From positions 1-57,638 of the forward strand of contig BTVV01000032.1 in assembly GCA_045863855.1 (NCBI GenBank): DNA of 57,638 nucleotides, read 5' to 3'. The position numbers were made by a program, and so were the translations under genes. Within the stretch, counting starts at the first letter, position 1, and the number at the start of each line of letters is the position of its first letter. The notes beneath the pieces are model-generated. The model was given only the letters and a program-made list of their open reading frames with translations, did not search any database and was not told where the DNA came from. Below, one piece after another: positions 56,576 to 57,638 of this stretch. Source of the stretch: Planctomycetota bacterium (GTDB lineage Bacteria; Planctomycetota; SZUA-567; H5-PLA8).

Positions 56576-57451
56576 TTACGCGTAGCGCAGATACCAGAGC
56601 GACGCCGTCAGCGCGTCCTTCTCGCCTTGCTCGCTGCCGTTGAAGTTCTCGTCTTCCAGCTCCACGCTCACCGCGCCGTCGAATTTCGCATCCTTGAGGA
56701 TGCTGAAGATCGTCTTCCAGCGCGCTTCGCCGTGCCCGGGAATCGTGTAGCGCCAGACGTACTTGCCGAAACCGTGGCCCTTCACGAACGCGCTGTTCTG
56801 TTCGTGGCCGACTTCGTACAGCGCATCGGAATCGATCTCGGTGTCCTTCGCATGGACGTGCCCGACGCGCGGCGCGAACTCCTTCAGAAAGCGGATGTGA
56901 TCGATGCCCATGCGGATCAGGTGCGACGGATCGTAGTTGAGGCCCAAGGCCTTGCTGGGGACTTCCTTAAAGAGCGCGCGCGTCGTTTCGGGGTTGCATA
57001 CGGGATGGCTACCTCCGCCGGGCCAGCCTTCGAAGCAGAGCCGCGCGCCGGTGGATTCGATGTTCTGCGCCAGCGCTCCGTACCCTTCGACCGCTTGCTT
57101 GAACGCGTCGCCGATGCCGGTGGCCTTGTCGTCGGGAATCGCCACCGTGAAGTAGCGCTTCGCGCCGAGTTCGCTCATTTCCTTCACGAAGCTCGTCAGG
57201 CGCGCCACGCCGTCCTTGCGCTTCGCGGCGTCCTTCGTCATCAGATCCGACCAGCCGGGCAGATCGACGGAACCCACGTTCAACCCCGCGGCCTTCAACG
57301 TCTTGATGTCCTCGGCTTTGGTCTGGCCGGTCAGATCGATCACTTCAAAGCCGGTCTCTTTCGCCCACTTCGCGGCGGCCGGCAGATCCTTCTGCCAGTC
57401 GCTCCACCCGCGGCGAAAGCCGGTCGGAAATTGTCCCGTGCGCGTCGGCAT
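56576..57451 (-). CDS. Sugar phosphate isomerase/epimerase (AP endonuclease 2 TIM-barrel family)
   Basis: FEGWPG, GLNYDPSHL, HVHAKD, YTIPGHG, SVELED. Start ATG 57451. Confidence 0.9.
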   Translation of the reverse strand: MPTRTGQFPTGFRRGWSDWQKDLPAAAKWAKETGFEVIDLTGQTKAEDIKTLKAAGLNVGSVDLPGWSDLMTKDAAKRKDGVARLTSFVKEMSELGAKRYFTVAIPDDKATGIGDAFKQAVEGYGALAQNIESTGARLCFEGWPGGGSHPVCNPETTRALFKEVPSKALGLNYDPSHLIRMGIDHIRFLKEFAPRVGHVHAKDTEIDSDALYEVGHEQNSAFVKGHGFGKYVWRYTIPGHGEARWKTIFSILKDAKFDGAVSVELEDENFNGSEQGEKDALTASLWYLRYA

Positions 57452-57594
57452 GCGTGTCTCCGAATGAATGAAAAGGGAACCGTGAAAAGCGCGACCCATC
57501 CACCTTGGATGAACTCGTTGAACCTCTGAACTTTACCCCGCGCCGAGAGCCCTCGCCACCGCTGGAGGATGCAGTTATCCGGCCTGAACATGGA

Positions 57595-57638
57595 TTAATT
57601 CGCGCCGAACTCGTAATCACGCCGTGCAGTCGTCAGCT
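57595..57638 (-). CDS. Possible 3' end of a gene entering from beyond the window
   Basis: Minus frame reads ...LTTARRDYEFGAN* with GC-rich codons; too short to assign. Confidence 0.3.
   Translation of the reverse strand, partial: LTTARRDYEFGAN

Overview
A high-GC, gene-dense bacterial chromosomal segment. The protein repertoire (HEAT, DUF1080, alginate-export and prepilin proteins) and the intergenic repeat style suggest a Planctomycetota-like organism; this is inference only. From the left: (1) a yqiJ-like / flotillin / DUF3686-type ATPase operon, whose ATPase runs off the window and is missed by the ORF track; (2) a ~13 kb co-oriented minus-strand envelope locus, the best candidate for an undescribed system. 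It encodes a TPR + beta-barrel protein, an ECF sigma factor, an anti-sigma factor with a (PDK)n tail, three type IV minor pilins, a separately secreted PilX-C-terminal-like protein, a membrane-anchored HEAT protein and a C25 (gingipain-family) protease; (3) a broken molybdopterin oxidoreductase remnant divergent from an alginate-export-type porin; (4) a thioester alpha-2-macroglobulin; (5) housekeeping genes glgP, dapA, gap, rpe and accD; (6) a TetR-RND efflux unit with a visible promoter and operator; (7) an FAD-oxidoreductase / M14 peptidase / PhyH cluster with tandem LacI-like operators; (8) a cobalamin riboswitch-btuB-tonB unit with a divergent PP-loop ATPase; (9) an MBL hydrolase, phosphomannomutase, hemL and a sugar-phosphate isomerase. 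A small family of REP-like inverted repeats is present. I saw no CRISPR array, rRNA, tRNA or transposase. All family assignments come from motif recognition by eye, not database searches.
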